DNA from: Candidatus Latescibacterota bacterium
Lineage (GTDB): Bacteria; Latescibacterota; UBA2968; UBA8231
Length of the DNA stretch: 64,000 nt
Reading direction: 5' to 3'
Assembly: GCA_965242865.1 (NCBI GenBank)
Contig: CBDETK010000013.1
Coordinates: 1,152,001-1,216,000 of the forward strand
In this document: positions 39,043 through 48,901 of the stretch, piece by piece
How positions within the stretch are numbered: the stretch's first letter is position 1
How the letters are laid out: every line of letters begins with the position of its first letter
Program-made: the position numbers and the translations under genes
The notes under the pieces: generated by a model
Told to the model about the DNA's origin: nothing
The model's input: the letters and a program-made list of their open reading frames with translations, nothing else
The model's database searches: none

Positions 39043-39843
39043 GTGATCGAACAAAGCCCGACCCGTCGCCGGCTCACCCCGGCCCAAGTGGAGCGCTTCC
39101 GCCTCGACGGCTGTCTGACCATGGAGAATGTGCTGACCTTGGACGAAGTGGCCGTTTTGGCCGACCATGCCGACCGCATCGCCGCCGGCGCGCTAGACCA
39201 CATCCCGGACGCCAGCATCCAGCTCGAACCCGTCTTCCGCCGCGGCGAAAAAGCCGTGACCGACCGCGTGTTGGCCGTGCGCAAGTTGTACAACTTGGCG
39301 GTGTATGACGAGGTGATGTGGGCTTGCGTCACCCACCCCAAAATCGCCGACATGGCCGCCGACTTGCTCGGCACCGACGATCTCAAGCTGTACGGCGACC
39401 AGCTCTTTATGAAGGCTCCGCGCACCGGTTCGGCGCAGGGCTGGCACCAAGATTCGGCCTCTTGGCGCGACATTTTCCCCATGGACTTAGTCACCGCTTG
39501 GATCGCCCTCGACGAGGCCACCCTCGACAACGGCTGCCTCAACTTTGCGCTAGGCACTCACCGCTGGGGCATGGTGCGGGGCGAGCGTTTGGCTCCTTTT
39601 GTCGCTGATCTGGCAAGCGGCGAGTGGCCCATCCGGCCCGCTCCCCTCCGCCCCGGCAGCATCAGTTTCCACCACAGCCTGACGCTGCACCAGAGCAACG
39701 CCAACCGCACCGCCACGCGCCGCCGAGGCTATGCCATACACTACATGCGCGCGGCTTCTTGGCGCGACGAAGCGGTTACAGACGCGCCCAAGATGCCGTC
39801 CTTTAAGCAGGTGCGAGGGCGGTCGTTTGCCGGCAGGGTTTGA
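39043..39843 (+). CDS. Phytanoyl-CoA dioxygenase (PhyH) family Fe/2OG dioxygenase
   Basis: DQLFMK, WHQD, TAWIALDEAT..NGCL and LHQSNAN...RR. Confidence 0.9.
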   Translation: MIEQSPTRRRLTPAQVERFRLDGCLTMENVLTLDEVAVLADHADRIAAGALDHIPDASIQLEPVFRRGEKAVTDRVLAVRKLYNLAVYDEVMWACVTHPKIADMAADLLGTDDLKLYGDQLFMKAPRTGSAQGWHQDSASWRDIFPMDLVTAWIALDEATLDNGCLNFALGTHRWGMVRGERLAPFVADLASGEWPIRPAPLRPGSISFHHSLTLHQSNANRTATRRRGYAIHYMRAASWRDEAVTDAPKMPSFKQVRGRSFAGRV

Positions 39844-39879
39844 GACGGGCGAAGTGTGATAAAAAGAACAACGACGTAA

Positions 39880-41892
39880 ATGATCGTTTTTACTGATTTT
39901 ATAAGGGGGAGGATTTGGCGCGACCTCTCTACGCTGATCATCGTCCTCCTCGCCGGGCTGGGTGCCGCCCACATCCTCGTCCGCACCGCCACCTACGGCG
40001 CGGCCATCGGCTACGACTCCACAATTTTTCTGTCCACGGCCATAAACCTCCTCGCGGGCGAGGGCTGGCGGGATTTCATGGGCAGACCCCTGATATTATG
40101 GCCGCCCTTGTTCCCCCTGCTGCTGGCGGCCTTAGGTTGGGTTGGCATTGAGCCGCTGGCGGCGGGTCGGTGGATTAACGCCACCGCCTTCGGGCTGACC
40201 ATCCTCGCCGCGGGGGGCTGGCTGCGCTCAAATCTCCAGGCGCGGTGGCTCGTGCTGCCCGCCACCGCGATCATCGCGGCTTCTTGGCCCTTGAGTCATT
40301 GGGCAGCCCACTTCAGGACCGAGCCCCTCTTCGTCCTGTTCACGCTCCTCGCCTTGGTTCAATTGGGGTCTTTCCTGCATCGCGGCGGGCGGACGCCGCT
40401 GCTGTGGGGCGCGGTTTGCACCGCACTGGCCGCGCTGACCCGCTATCCGGGCGTGGTCCTGATCGGCGTCGGCGTCCTCCTGCTGCTAGTGCGGCGCGCC
40501 CCATCGCTGGCCACCCGGTTGAAAGACGTCGGCGTATTTGGGGCCATCGCATCCTTGCCCCTCGCGGTAGTGCTGACGCGCAACTGGGCGGTCTCCGAGA
40601 CCCTGACCGGGTCGAGAAAAGGGACGGGGCAGTCCCTAGCCGATGGGCTGAGCCAAATCGTCGATGGGTTCCGCGAGTGGGTCATCCCCTCGCATGATCT
40701 AGACGGATTTGGTTATCTCCTGTGGATGGCGGCCGGGCTAGTTGTGGCAATGGAGGTGGGAGTCGTTGTGGCGGGTCGTGGCAGGGGCGGGACGGACGGA
40801 GGGGGCAAGGCTCGGCCGGCGTTGCCGCTCTTTGGGTTGGAGCCGGCCCTTCCATTCGGGGGATTCGCCCTCGCTTACCTCGTATTCTTCGTCGCTGTCG
40901 TGCCCTTGATAATTCCTCATGGCATCATCAGCCGCTTCCTGTTGCCGGTGTACGTGCCGCTGCTGTTGGCGGCGGTGTTGCTGCTGGATCGGTTCCTAGC
41001 CGTTGAGGCGGCGGGTCGGAGGGCCGTGGCCAAGTGGGGGCTGGCGTCCCTCGTCTTGCTGGGGGGCCTTGCCCACACCAGCCTCTCGATGTACAGCAAC
41101 CTCCATCTTACCGCCCGAGCCTTAGAATTCGGGTTCGGGAGGTTCAATGTCTCCGACTGGGAATCTTCCGAGACCCTGAATTACATCCGGTCCCTCCGGG
41201 ACCACCGCATGGAGGGCAGGATTTACTCCAACGACGGCGAGGCGGCCATAATGTCATTGGTCTGCCCCGGACTTGCTTGGTTTGCGGATAGGACCGCTGT
41301 CCCAGGAAAGTACCTACCTATCCCCCGCAGCAGGCGGTGGACCGAGATCGAGGCTGGGGCGCATATCATTTGGTTTGATAGGTTCTACGATCGAGCTTCT
41401 TTCACCCACGACGACACGGACTTCCGCGTCCTGTCCGGCGTGGAAATCGTGGCCGAACTGGCCGATGGCACGGTCTTCCGCCGCACGGCAGCCGAACCGT
41501 TCGATGCGGACCGGCATCGCGCCCGGCGACAACGCTACGCGAACCAACTCATCCACCAGGCCGACGCGCAGGTGCGCCGCGCTGGCTGGCGCGTGTACCG
41601 CACGGGACGCCGGCTAATTTACCGCAAAAAGCCGTGCGCCCCCGCCGATGTGCAGGCCAAGTTCGTGCTGCACGTCGTCCCCGTCGACTGGGCCGACCTG
41701 CCCGCCAAGCGCAAACAGCACGGCTTTGACAACCTCGACTTCTATTTCGACCAGCGCGGCGAGCGCGTTGACGACCAGTGCATGGTGATCGTCCGCGTCC
41801 CTGCCTACGCCATCAACCGCATCCGTATCGGCCAGTGGATTGCCGCTGAGAATCGCACCCTCTGGGAAACGGAGTTTGCGCCGGGCCGGTGA
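39880..41892 (+). CDS. GT-C (ArnT/PMT-like) multi-pass membrane glycosyltransferase with an extra C-terminal soluble domain
   Basis: YDS..F, WPPLFPLLLA, TEPLF, LTRYPG and RFLLP motifs, with about 11 TM helices. Confidence 0.7.
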   Translation: MIVFTDFIRGRIWRDLSTLIIVLLAGLGAAHILVRTATYGAAIGYDSTIFLSTAINLLAGEGWRDFMGRPLILWPPLFPLLLAALGWVGIEPLAAGRWINATAFGLTILAAGGWLRSNLQARWLVLPATAIIAASWPLSHWAAHFRTEPLFVLFTLLALVQLGSFLHRGGRTPLLWGAVCTALAALTRYPGVVLIGVGVLLLLVRRAPSLATRLKDVGVFGAIASLPLAVVLTRNWAVSETLTGSRKGTGQSLADGLSQIVDGFREWVIPSHDLDGFGYLLWMAAGLVVAMEVGVVVAGRGRGGTDGGGKARPALPLFGLEPALPFGGFALAYLVFFVAVVPLIIPHGIISRFLLPVYVPLLLAAVLLLDRFLAVEAAGRRAVAKWGLASLVLLGGLAHTSLSMYSNLHLTARALEFGFGRFNVSDWESSETLNYIRSLRDHRMEGRIYSNDGEAAIMSLVCPGLAWFADRTAVPGKYLPIPRSRRWTEIEAGAHIIWFDRFYDRASFTHDDTDFRVLSGVEIVAELADGTVFRRTAAEPFDADRHRARRQRYANQLIHQADAQVRRAGWRVYRTGRRLIYRKKPCAPADVQAKFVLHVVPVDWADLPAKRKQHGFDNLDFYFDQRGERVDDQCMVIVRVPAYAINRIRIGQWIAAENRTLWETEFAPGR

Positions 41893-41927
41893 GAACTCGA
41901 AAAGTGGGGTTTCTTTCAGACCGCGCC

Positions 41928-42815
41928 TCACAAAAAGCGCGTAATGCCAAAGCCCATGCGCCAGTTGTCCGGGGCCGCGTCGTCGGGTGCCCCGACCAAA
42001 TACTGGGCCGGGCTAAGGCGCGTATTGTTGGTCGCGAAAACGTAGAAGGTGTGCCCCCCCGTATCTATGGACAGGCCCCAAGCGAGTGAATTGTGGGATC
42101 GGCCCGCGTCGCCCGGCAACAAAATGCCCTGATACCCCGCCAAGGTTGGGCTGTACTCCAACCACGCGCCCCACGTCGCGTTAAAGTAGTACTGGACGTA
42201 CGTCCCCAGCGTAAAGGTGTACTGGGTCTCGACGCTGAAAATGGCGCTGTTGTACAAATAGGAGGGCACCAACCCCAAGCCCAACCTCTCGTCTAGCAGC
42301 GCGTTAAAAACCAATTGCCCGTAGTACTGAAAATTGTCAGCCGCCAGTGCATCGCGCTCGACAACCGCTGGCAGGTCCGTATTCCAAGCCACGCCGGCGT
42401 TTAGGGCCAAGACCGCTGGCAAGCGCTCGTGGGGAAATTGCAGCCAATGGTACTGCAGTTGCAGGTCCACATTGTCCAGCACATTGCTCCGCCCCAAGGT
42501 CGCCATCAGCCGGTCGCTGAGGCCGTAGCTGAGCGAGGTGCGGATATTGGCCGGCCCATCAAAACCGAAATTGGCCCGGTAGCCCTCGTCAATGGGCGGG
42601 AAAAAGCGGTGCGAAATTTCGTAGTGGAAATCGCCTTGGGACAGGGTTTCCGCGGTGGGGTAATTGGCCATCTTAATGGCCTTGAACAGCTCCAGCCGCG
42701 TCTCGGTCGGCGCACTCGTCGCCTGCCAAGACGGCTGGGCACCGGCCAAGGCCGGTAACAGCCCCCCCCAGATAACCCCCAACCACCTGACGCGCCTATT
42801 CACATTCACGGCCAT
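41928..42815 (-). CDS. DUF5777-like outer-membrane beta-barrel protein
   Basis: Signal peptide, ISHRF, FGFDGPANIR, DTGGHTF...TN and terminal GFGITRFL. Confidence 0.8.
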   Translation of the reverse strand: MAVNVNRRVRWLGVIWGGLLPALAGAQPSWQATSAPTETRLELFKAIKMANYPTAETLSQGDFHYEISHRFFPPIDEGYRANFGFDGPANIRTSLSYGLSDRLMATLGRSNVLDNVDLQLQYHWLQFPHERLPAVLALNAGVAWNTDLPAVVERDALAADNFQYYGQLVFNALLDERLGLGLVPSYLYNSAIFSVETQYTFTLGTYVQYYFNATWGAWLEYSPTLAGYQGILLPGDAGRSHNSLAWGLSIDTGGHTFYVFATNNTRLSPAQYLVGAPDDAAPDNWRMGFGITRFL

Positions 42816-42824
42816 CCCTCCTGC

Positions 42825-43421
42825 TTATCGAACGTGTTTTAGGTAGAACGAGACTGCGACGGCAACTTCCTCGCTCACCTTGACAAAGGCCGCCAAGGAA
42901 GGGGCCTCGATGTTGTAATCGGCCAGTTTGAGGGTAAAAGCCGCCTCGACCTTGGAACGCCCCTCTTCCACCACTACGGTCCCGGGCACCTCTATGGCGC
43001 GGTCCACCCCGTGCAGCGACAGAATCCCCTCGGTCTTGACGCGGTAGGCGACCCCGGTGGAATCAATGGCGGTGTGTTCGGCGATCGCCCCTTGGTACAC
43101 GGCCTTGGGCCACTGGTCTGTGCCCAGCACTTGGCGCATGTCGCGGTCCCGCTTGCCAATGCCCGTATCAAAGCTGGCCAGTTCCACTTCAAAATGCAGT
43201 TGGTCCTTGGCCGCAAAAAGCGAATCGCCTTCCCAATAGATAAAGCCGTCGATTTTATCGGTCGTGCCGGTAAACGTGAGGGCCACCACTTTGGAAGTGA
43301 ACGCGACTTGGTTGCCCTCGGCCTTTGTATCGACTTGCCACTCGCCGCCTTGAACGGCCAACGGCGCGCCGAGCAGGAACGCGAGGAGCCAGCGCACAAA
43401 CTTTAGCGGTGAATTAGTCAT
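42825..43421 (-). CDS. YceI-family protein
   Basis: Signal peptide, VAFTS, FDTGIGKRDRDM, LSLHGV and LADYNI. Confidence 0.9.
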   Translation of the reverse strand: MTNSPLKFVRWLLAFLLGAPLAVQGGEWQVDTKAEGNQVAFTSKVVALTFTGTTDKIDGFIYWEGDSLFAAKDQLHFEVELASFDTGIGKRDRDMRQVLGTDQWPKAVYQGAIAEHTAIDSTGVAYRVKTEGILSLHGVDRAIEVPGTVVVEEGRSKVEAAFTLKLADYNIEAPSLAAFVKVSEEVAVAVSFYLKHVR

Positions 43422-43824
43422 TGGGCGCCCCCTTTTCTATCCAAGCGCGCACCGTTGCGAGCTCAACCGGGGTCAGGTACGGTCCGCCGGGGGGCATGCG
43501 GGCGCCGTCAATATCGGCATCGGCCAGCAGTTTGCGATACAGGTAGCTGTCGTCGGGATCGCCCGGCTCAACCAGCGCTATGCCGCGGCTGCTCTCCACC
43601 TCAACGATGTTGTCGTAGGCTTGCCCGGCCGATAGGTTGGGCCAAGCACTGCCGGCGTGGCAGCCGCTGATAGCGCAGGAACCATTGAATATCGTGGTTT
43701 GCACCTGCACAAAGGTCGCCGGCCCTTCGCCGGCCGCGTCGAATACCATCTCCGTGCTCGTGGTCGGACCGGAACAAGCGGCCCCCAAACATGCCAACGC
43801 GACGAGCACCGTGAGCGCTTTCAT
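43414..43824 (-). CDS. Lipoprotein with an atypical cytochrome c-like CX4CH motif
   Basis: Lipobox GAAC, IFNGSCAISGCH, LVEPGDPDDSYLY, RMPP and WIEKGAPND. Confidence 0.75.
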   Translation of the reverse strand: MKALTVLVALACLGAACSGPTTSTEMVFDAAGEGPATFVQVQTTIFNGSCAISGCHAGSAWPNLSAGQAYDNIVEVESSRGIALVEPGDPDDSYLYRKLLADADIDGARMPPGGPYLTPVELATVRAWIEKGAPND

Positions 43825-43949
43825 GGCTTTTGCTCCTTGGAATGAACTGCGTTTGCAACTTAACCACGCCGGTTGGGTGCTGCAACGCGCTGGAGAACGA
43901 GGAGGCCCTGTAAGGGGCCATTGGCGCAAGGGACGCTGCCACGCCGTTT

Positions 43950-45998
43950 TCACAAGCTCTTCTCGATCGTCGCTACAATCGCGTCTGTATCCCTTACGCC
44001 GGAAAGACGCTTTACAATCAGCCCTTGTGAGTCCACCAAGTAATACGATGGCAGGGCGTTCACTTGGTAGGACGTAGCCAGGTCCGAGCCAAAGCCAGCC
44101 GCACGCACGTGGACGCCTTGGATCGCGTGTTTGTCAATCGCCGCTCGCCAAGCCCCCTCATCCGCGTCCAGCGATAGGTTGAGGAAAACAACCGGCTGGC
44201 CCGCCATCCTGTTCTTGATCGCACGGAGATCGGGCAGGTTGCTGATACACGGGCCGCACCAACTCGCCCAGAAATCGAACAGAACCACTTGGCCTTTGAA
44301 CTGACTCAGCGATACGGGCTGACCATTGAGATCGTGGAGGGTAAAGTCCGGGGCGGGTTGTCCGGGTTGTAGCTTTAGGGCCTTATGTAGAACGGCTTGG
44401 ACTGCCGCGTTGTATTCCGGGTACGGGTTGATCTGCTGGAAATTTTCCCACTTGCGCTGGACCAACGCAAAGGCGTCGATTCCGCTTTTGAAGCTATCGC
44501 TCAGTTCCTCGGCCAGAAACCAGTAGAGCACTCTCCCTTCCAGTATCTCCTGGGCCAAATCATATCGCGGCGAAAAATTACTCCGCCTCCAAGTACGGCC
44601 CTCCGTAGTTATCGAATCGAGCTGGGCCTGCACCGCCGCCGACAGACCAAGGCTCGATACATCGATCCGCTCGGAGAGCTTGAGCGGCTGGCGATGTTCA
44701 TGCACTGAATCGAGCTGGGCACGGGTGACTTCCGGCAGCTCCGATAGACCGAGTTGCTCGGAGAGCTTGGGCGGCTCTTTTGCCAGAGAATCCTGCTTTA
44801 TTGCGAGTGGCAAGTAGAACACCACAGAACCACCCGTCGTATCCACCCTAGCCGCTTCTACCTTATCTGAAGTGGAGAAGCTATAGGATTTGGATTTTTT
44901 ATATAAGGAGTCGAGGCGGGCTTGGTCGGCCTCCGACAGGCCAAATACCGATAGATCGAGGCACTGGGAGAGCCTAAGAACGCTTCTCTTTTCGTACATC
45001 GAGTCGAGGCGGGCTTGGGACGCTGGCGACAAACCCAAGGCTGACAAATCAACCATCTGCGACAGGCTGGGGCGTTTGCTCGCTTCGTACATCGAGTCGA
45101 GGCGGGCCAAAGTCTGATCCGACAGCCCCAAACTCGACAGATCAAAGACTTCGGAGAACGTGGGCTGCCAAAGTCGGTCGGACTTTTCTCTCGACTTGTC
45201 CAACTCCCAGTCCAAGGTGTGCCTCAGAAAGGTGCGATAATATCCCACGCCTATGGCCCTTTCTTCGACTAAGGGAATTTTCTCAAAAAAGCTGTAATAC
45301 TCCGCAGCGATCGCTGGGTTGTCGTGGCCATTGGCACGGCGGTACTCCGTTGGATAGGCAATCATGAGTGTGGCCCACTTGTAGTTGAATAAGGCCGTCG
45401 CATAGTCGATGAATCCCGGCGAGCATGCGTATTCTTCGCGCTCTTCAGCTAGGAAATCCAACTGATCTTGTAGCCACTGGTCTGCTTGGCGCGAGAAGTC
45501 CTCTACCGACAGCCCCTCGTAGTCTAAGCGAGGGCTCCAAAAGCGGGGAAACAACTCGGCAAGGAAGCGGTTGTTGTCCGCGTTGGGACCGCTGAACGAG
45601 TAGGAGGGGCCGAAAAAACCCTCCTGCACGGTCACGTACAGACTGTCGCCGGGTTCAACGAAAAAGACCAAAGGGAAAGGATTGTACCCGAAGAGGAGAG
45701 CTCCTAGCCAGTGCGTCCACTTCCACTGCTCTTTCGCAAAATTCCCCCGGACGAGGGTCCCTCGGACGACCGGCATTTCAACGGCGAAGCGGCCTAGGCT
45801 GTCGAGAACGACGCGCCTCGGGGCTCTTGCTAGCACCGACGGCAATTCGTAGTCAAACGCGATTTCCCGCGAGGTTGACGCCCGGATTTCGCCGGTAATG
45901 GTCGCAACCGAGGGCTGGCTCTGGGGGCTTTCTGCGGCCAGACAAGCACTCGACGCCATGAGTATGGCCATTAGGAAACTACCGCATCGGTCCGTCAT
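43950..45998 (-). CDS. Exported TlpA/redoxin-family protein with internal helical repeats
   Basis: Signal peptide and C-terminal APDFTL...DFWASWCGPC...LPSYYLVD. Five repeats of LS..xDLSxLGLSxxxxARLDS. Confidence 0.85.
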   Translation of the reverse strand: MTDRCGSFLMAILMASSACLAAESPQSQPSVATITGEIRASTSREIAFDYELPSVLARAPRRVVLDSLGRFAVEMPVVRGTLVRGNFAKEQWKWTHWLGALLFGYNPFPLVFFVEPGDSLYVTVQEGFFGPSYSFSGPNADNNRFLAELFPRFWSPRLDYEGLSVEDFSRQADQWLQDQLDFLAEEREEYACSPGFIDYATALFNYKWATLMIAYPTEYRRANGHDNPAIAAEYYSFFEKIPLVEERAIGVGYYRTFLRHTLDWELDKSREKSDRLWQPTFSEVFDLSSLGLSDQTLARLDSMYEASKRPSLSQMVDLSALGLSPASQARLDSMYEKRSVLRLSQCLDLSVFGLSEADQARLDSLYKKSKSYSFSTSDKVEAARVDTTGGSVVFYLPLAIKQDSLAKEPPKLSEQLGLSELPEVTRAQLDSVHEHRQPLKLSERIDVSSLGLSAAVQAQLDSITTEGRTWRRSNFSPRYDLAQEILEGRVLYWFLAEELSDSFKSGIDAFALVQRKWENFQQINPYPEYNAAVQAVLHKALKLQPGQPAPDFTLHDLNGQPVSLSQFKGQVVLFDFWASWCGPCISNLPDLRAIKNRMAGQPVVFLNLSLDADEGAWRAAIDKHAIQGVHVRAAGFGSDLATSYQVNALPSYYLVDSQGLIVKRLSGVRDTDAIVATIEKSL

Positions 45999-46097
45999 GA
46001 TCCTTACTCCAATCGGCTAGCCGTACGCGCCGTGCTCAAAAGCCGGGGGTTCGCATTTTCGTCCCCATGCAGCGGCAGGACATTTTCAACGCTCACC

Positions 46098-46248
46098 TTG
46101 TGCCTTTTGTGCCTTTTGTGGCTAACTACTCAACGGCTTGTTGGCCCCGGCGCGGCATTCGTAGTAATCCCCTATTTGTGCCTTTTGTGGCTAACTACTC
46201 AACGGCTTGTTGGCCCCCGGCGCGGCATTCGTAGTAATCCTCTATTTG
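46098..46248. repeat. 69/70-bp tandem duplication in a divergent intergenic region
   Basis: 46106-46174 matches 46175-46244. Each unit starts TTTGTGCCTTTTGTGGCTAAC. Confidence 0.9.
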
Positions 46249-46325
46249 GGCAAAATTGGCGCACCGCCCAGCCACTGCCTTTCTTTCTCTACGTATTGGT
46301 AGCCCACCCAACCAAAGGAGACGCC

Positions 46326-47273
46326 ATGTACATCCAAGACCAGCTCCCCCACGACCGCATTACCGACGACAACCTGAGCTACTACAAAGCCATTGGCGTC
46401 GATTACCTGACCGTCAATTCCCTCCCGCTCGACCTGCACACGTACCCCGAGATGGTCGAGTTCCTGAGCGCAGTGCGCGACCGCGCCGCAAAAAACGGCC
46501 TCCGCTTTTACAACGCCGCCCTGACCGGCCCGGACGAAATCACCCTCGCCCAGCCAGACCGCGACGCCAAAATCGAGGAGTGGTGCAACTGGCTCCGGGC
46601 TATGGGCACGGTCGGCGTCCCGACCCTCGGCTACAATTTCAAACCCGTGGGCAATTTCCGCACGCCCTCAGCCACCGGCCGTGGCGGTGCCCACTATAGC
46701 ACCTTCACCTACGCAGAATACGAAAAAGAAAACCACGACTATCCGGCCAAGCACATTGACGAGGCCGGCATGTGGGCCAATATAGCTTACTTGCACCAGC
46801 GCATCGTCCCGGTCGCCGAGGAAGCGGGCGTCACCTTGGCCCTGCACCCGGACGATCCCCCGCTGCCCGAGCCGATGGGCGGCGCAGCGCGAATCGTCTC
46901 CACCCTCGACCAATACGAGCGCATCTTCGCCCTCAACCCCAGTCCCCAAAACGCCATGCTGTTCTGTCAGGGCTGCGTCACCGAAATGGGCATTGATGTG
47001 TACGAGGGCATCCGCCGCATGGGCCGCCAAGGCAAAATCGCTTACGTCCACTTCCGCAACGTGCGCGGCACGCCCAAGGATTTCCGGGAGGTTTTCATCG
47101 ACGAGGGCGACGTCGATATGTACCGGGCGATGCAGACCTACAAGGAGGTGGGCTTTAACGGGCCGTTTATGATGGATCACACTCCGTCCATTCCCGGCGA
47201 CCAAGGCGGGCGTCAGGGCCATGCCTACGCCACCGGCTTCATCCGCGCCATGATCCAAGCCATCTATCGCTGA
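46326..47273 (+). CDS. uxuA: Mannonate dehydratase (UxuA family)
   Basis: GYNF, LALHPDDPP, FCQG, VHFRNVRG, FIDEGDVDM and MDHTP. AAGGAG RBS. Confidence 0.82.
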   Translation: MYIQDQLPHDRITDDNLSYYKAIGVDYLTVNSLPLDLHTYPEMVEFLSAVRDRAAKNGLRFYNAALTGPDEITLAQPDRDAKIEEWCNWLRAMGTVGVPTLGYNFKPVGNFRTPSATGRGGAHYSTFTYAEYEKENHDYPAKHIDEAGMWANIAYLHQRIVPVAEEAGVTLALHPDDPPLPEPMGGAARIVSTLDQYERIFALNPSPQNAMLFCQGCVTEMGIDVYEGIRRMGRQGKIAYVHFRNVRGTPKDFREVFIDEGDVDMYRAMQTYKEVGFNGPFMMDHTPSIPGDQGGRQGHAYATGFIRAMIQAIYR

Positions 47274-47280
47274 TCCAACC

Positions 47281-47682
47281 CTACCGGGCCATTCTCGCTC
47301 CGGCGCGGTCGGAATCGTCGTGGAGGGCCAGCATCCGAGCGACAAAGCGATGGACGACCGGGCGTTCCTGTTCAATCTCGTATTCTTCCATATCGTTGTG
47401 GAAGAAATTTTTGTGGAAGTCTTCCGCTGCTAAGAACCCGGCGAGAATGAGCGGGTCGTTATACTCCTGTTCCAGCCGAAAAATGGCGTTTTTCATGGCG
47501 CGGTGGCTGCGGTACTGCCAATCCCGCTGTTGGGCAATGGCGGTTACGATGTGGGTGGCAGCACCATAGAGCTTTTCCGAAGCCTGTAAACGCTCGCCGG
47601 CAGCAAATTCCCGATCAGAGGCCTCCAGAAATTCCAAGGCCGTCTGAGAGTGCTCTTGGGGTGTCATTTCTCTGGCGTTCAC
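47281..47682 (-). CDS. PaREP1-like (HEPN-superfamily) protein
   Basis: QASEKLYGAA...SH...FHKNFFH. Confidence 0.7.
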   Translation of the reverse strand: MNAREMTPQEHSQTALEFLEASDREFAAGERLQASEKLYGAATHIVTAIAQQRDWQYRSHRAMKNAIFRLEQEYNDPLILAGFLAAEDFHKNFFHNDMEEYEIEQERPVVHRFVARMLALHDDSDRAGARMAR

Positions 47683-47723
47683 GTTTTCCTTCGGCTTTCG
47701 AGTGTGCGGCGCGTCATTCCTCT

Positions 47724-48893
47724 TCAGCCCGCGGCCGCGCGCAACGCCTCGGCCATCTTCCGCACCTTGGCCTTAGTGTTGTTCGGGTGCATGGGCACCA
47801 AGACGGCGCGGGCCAAAACGGCCAGCGAGGCCGCGCACGTATCGAGCTTGTATTTGACCCGCGCCTTGCGGTTGGCCGGCAGCTTAAAGGGGTTGAGCGC
47901 CGGATGGTGCGCACCTTGGTAGCGCAAAATAGGCTCCCAGCGCGTATAGACGTGGCGGCCGGTATCCATGGGCAAAAAGGAGCGCACGTCTTTTGCGGCC
48001 AATCGGTTGCAAAAGGAGCGCGCCTCGTCCTCGCCGGCAAACAAAAAGCCCAAGTGCGTGCCGCACTCGTGGGCCAAGCTGTTGTTTTTTATGGACTCCA
48101 ACCCCGCCGCTAGCCCGACCTGCAGCAACTCCTGCTTGTGGGAGCGCATCGTCTTGAGCATCCCTCGGATCCGCCGCAACTGCACGTTGAGGATGGCCCC
48201 CTCGACTTCAGAAGCCCTGAAGTTGGGGCCGGCAAATTGCAACTCTTCGCGCTCTTCGTCCGGATTCCAGTAAAAGGAGCAGCAATCCACCGCCACTGAG
48301 CCGCGCTGATGCACTGCCTCGGCATTGGTCACAAAAGCCCCGCCCTCGCCGCAGGTCATGTTCTTAAAAAAGTTGAAACTAAACGCGCCGGCGTGGCCCC
48401 AACTGCCCAACATCCGGCCCTCGTACCCCCCGCCCACGGCCTGACAGGCGTCTTCGAGAACGAGCAAGTCGCGCTTGCGGGCGATCTTGGCAATTTTCTT
48501 CATGTCGCAAGGCAAGCCGACCATGTGGACCGGAATAATGGCCTTGGTGTGCTTTGTAATGCGCCGCTTTAACTCCTTGGGACACAAGGTTAAGGACGTA
48601 TCCACATCGGCGATTACCGGAATGGCCCCGGCCCCCAACACCGCCAAGGCGGTCGCCATGTACGTATAGGCCGGCACAATCACCTGATCCCCCGGCCCCA
48701 CGCCCAATCCCACTAAGGCGGCGTACAGGGCCGAGGTGCCCGAGCGGGTCATCCGACAGTGCTCCACGCCCACGTACCGCGCCCAGTTCCTTTCAAAGCG
48801 GTCGCACTCCCCCCCTCCATAGCGGAAGATCGCGCCGCCATCGAATAGCCGCTGTAGTCGCTTGATTTCTGCTTGGCCAATGCGGTACATCAC
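47724..48893 (-). CDS. DegT/DnrJ/EryC1/StrS PLP-dependent aminotransferase
   Basis: SGTSAL, IPVHMVG, LEDACQA and FSFNFFKNMTCGEGG. Confidence 0.92.
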   Translation of the reverse strand: MMYRIGQAEIKRLQRLFDGGAIFRYGGGECDRFERNWARYVGVEHCRMTRSGTSALYAALVGLGVGPGDQVIVPAYTYMATALAVLGAGAIPVIADVDTSLTLCPKELKRRITKHTKAIIPVHMVGLPCDMKKIAKIARKRDLLVLEDACQAVGGGYEGRMLGSWGHAGAFSFNFFKNMTCGEGGAFVTNAEAVHQRGSVAVDCCSFYWNPDEEREELQFAGPNFRASEVEGAILNVQLRRIRGMLKTMRSHKQELLQVGLAAGLESIKNNSLAHECGTHLGFLFAGEDEARSFCNRLAAKDVRSFLPMDTGRHVYTRWEPILRYQGAHHPALNPFKLPANRKARVKYKLDTCAASLAVLARAVLVPMHPNNTKAKVRKMAEALRAAAG

Positions 48894-48901
48894 GCGCTCC
48901 T

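Noticed and set aside
46032-46325. Hydrophobic N-terminal extension of UxuA in the ORF track
   Set aside because: It is a translation of the intergenic tandem repeat. The RBS supports ATG 46326.
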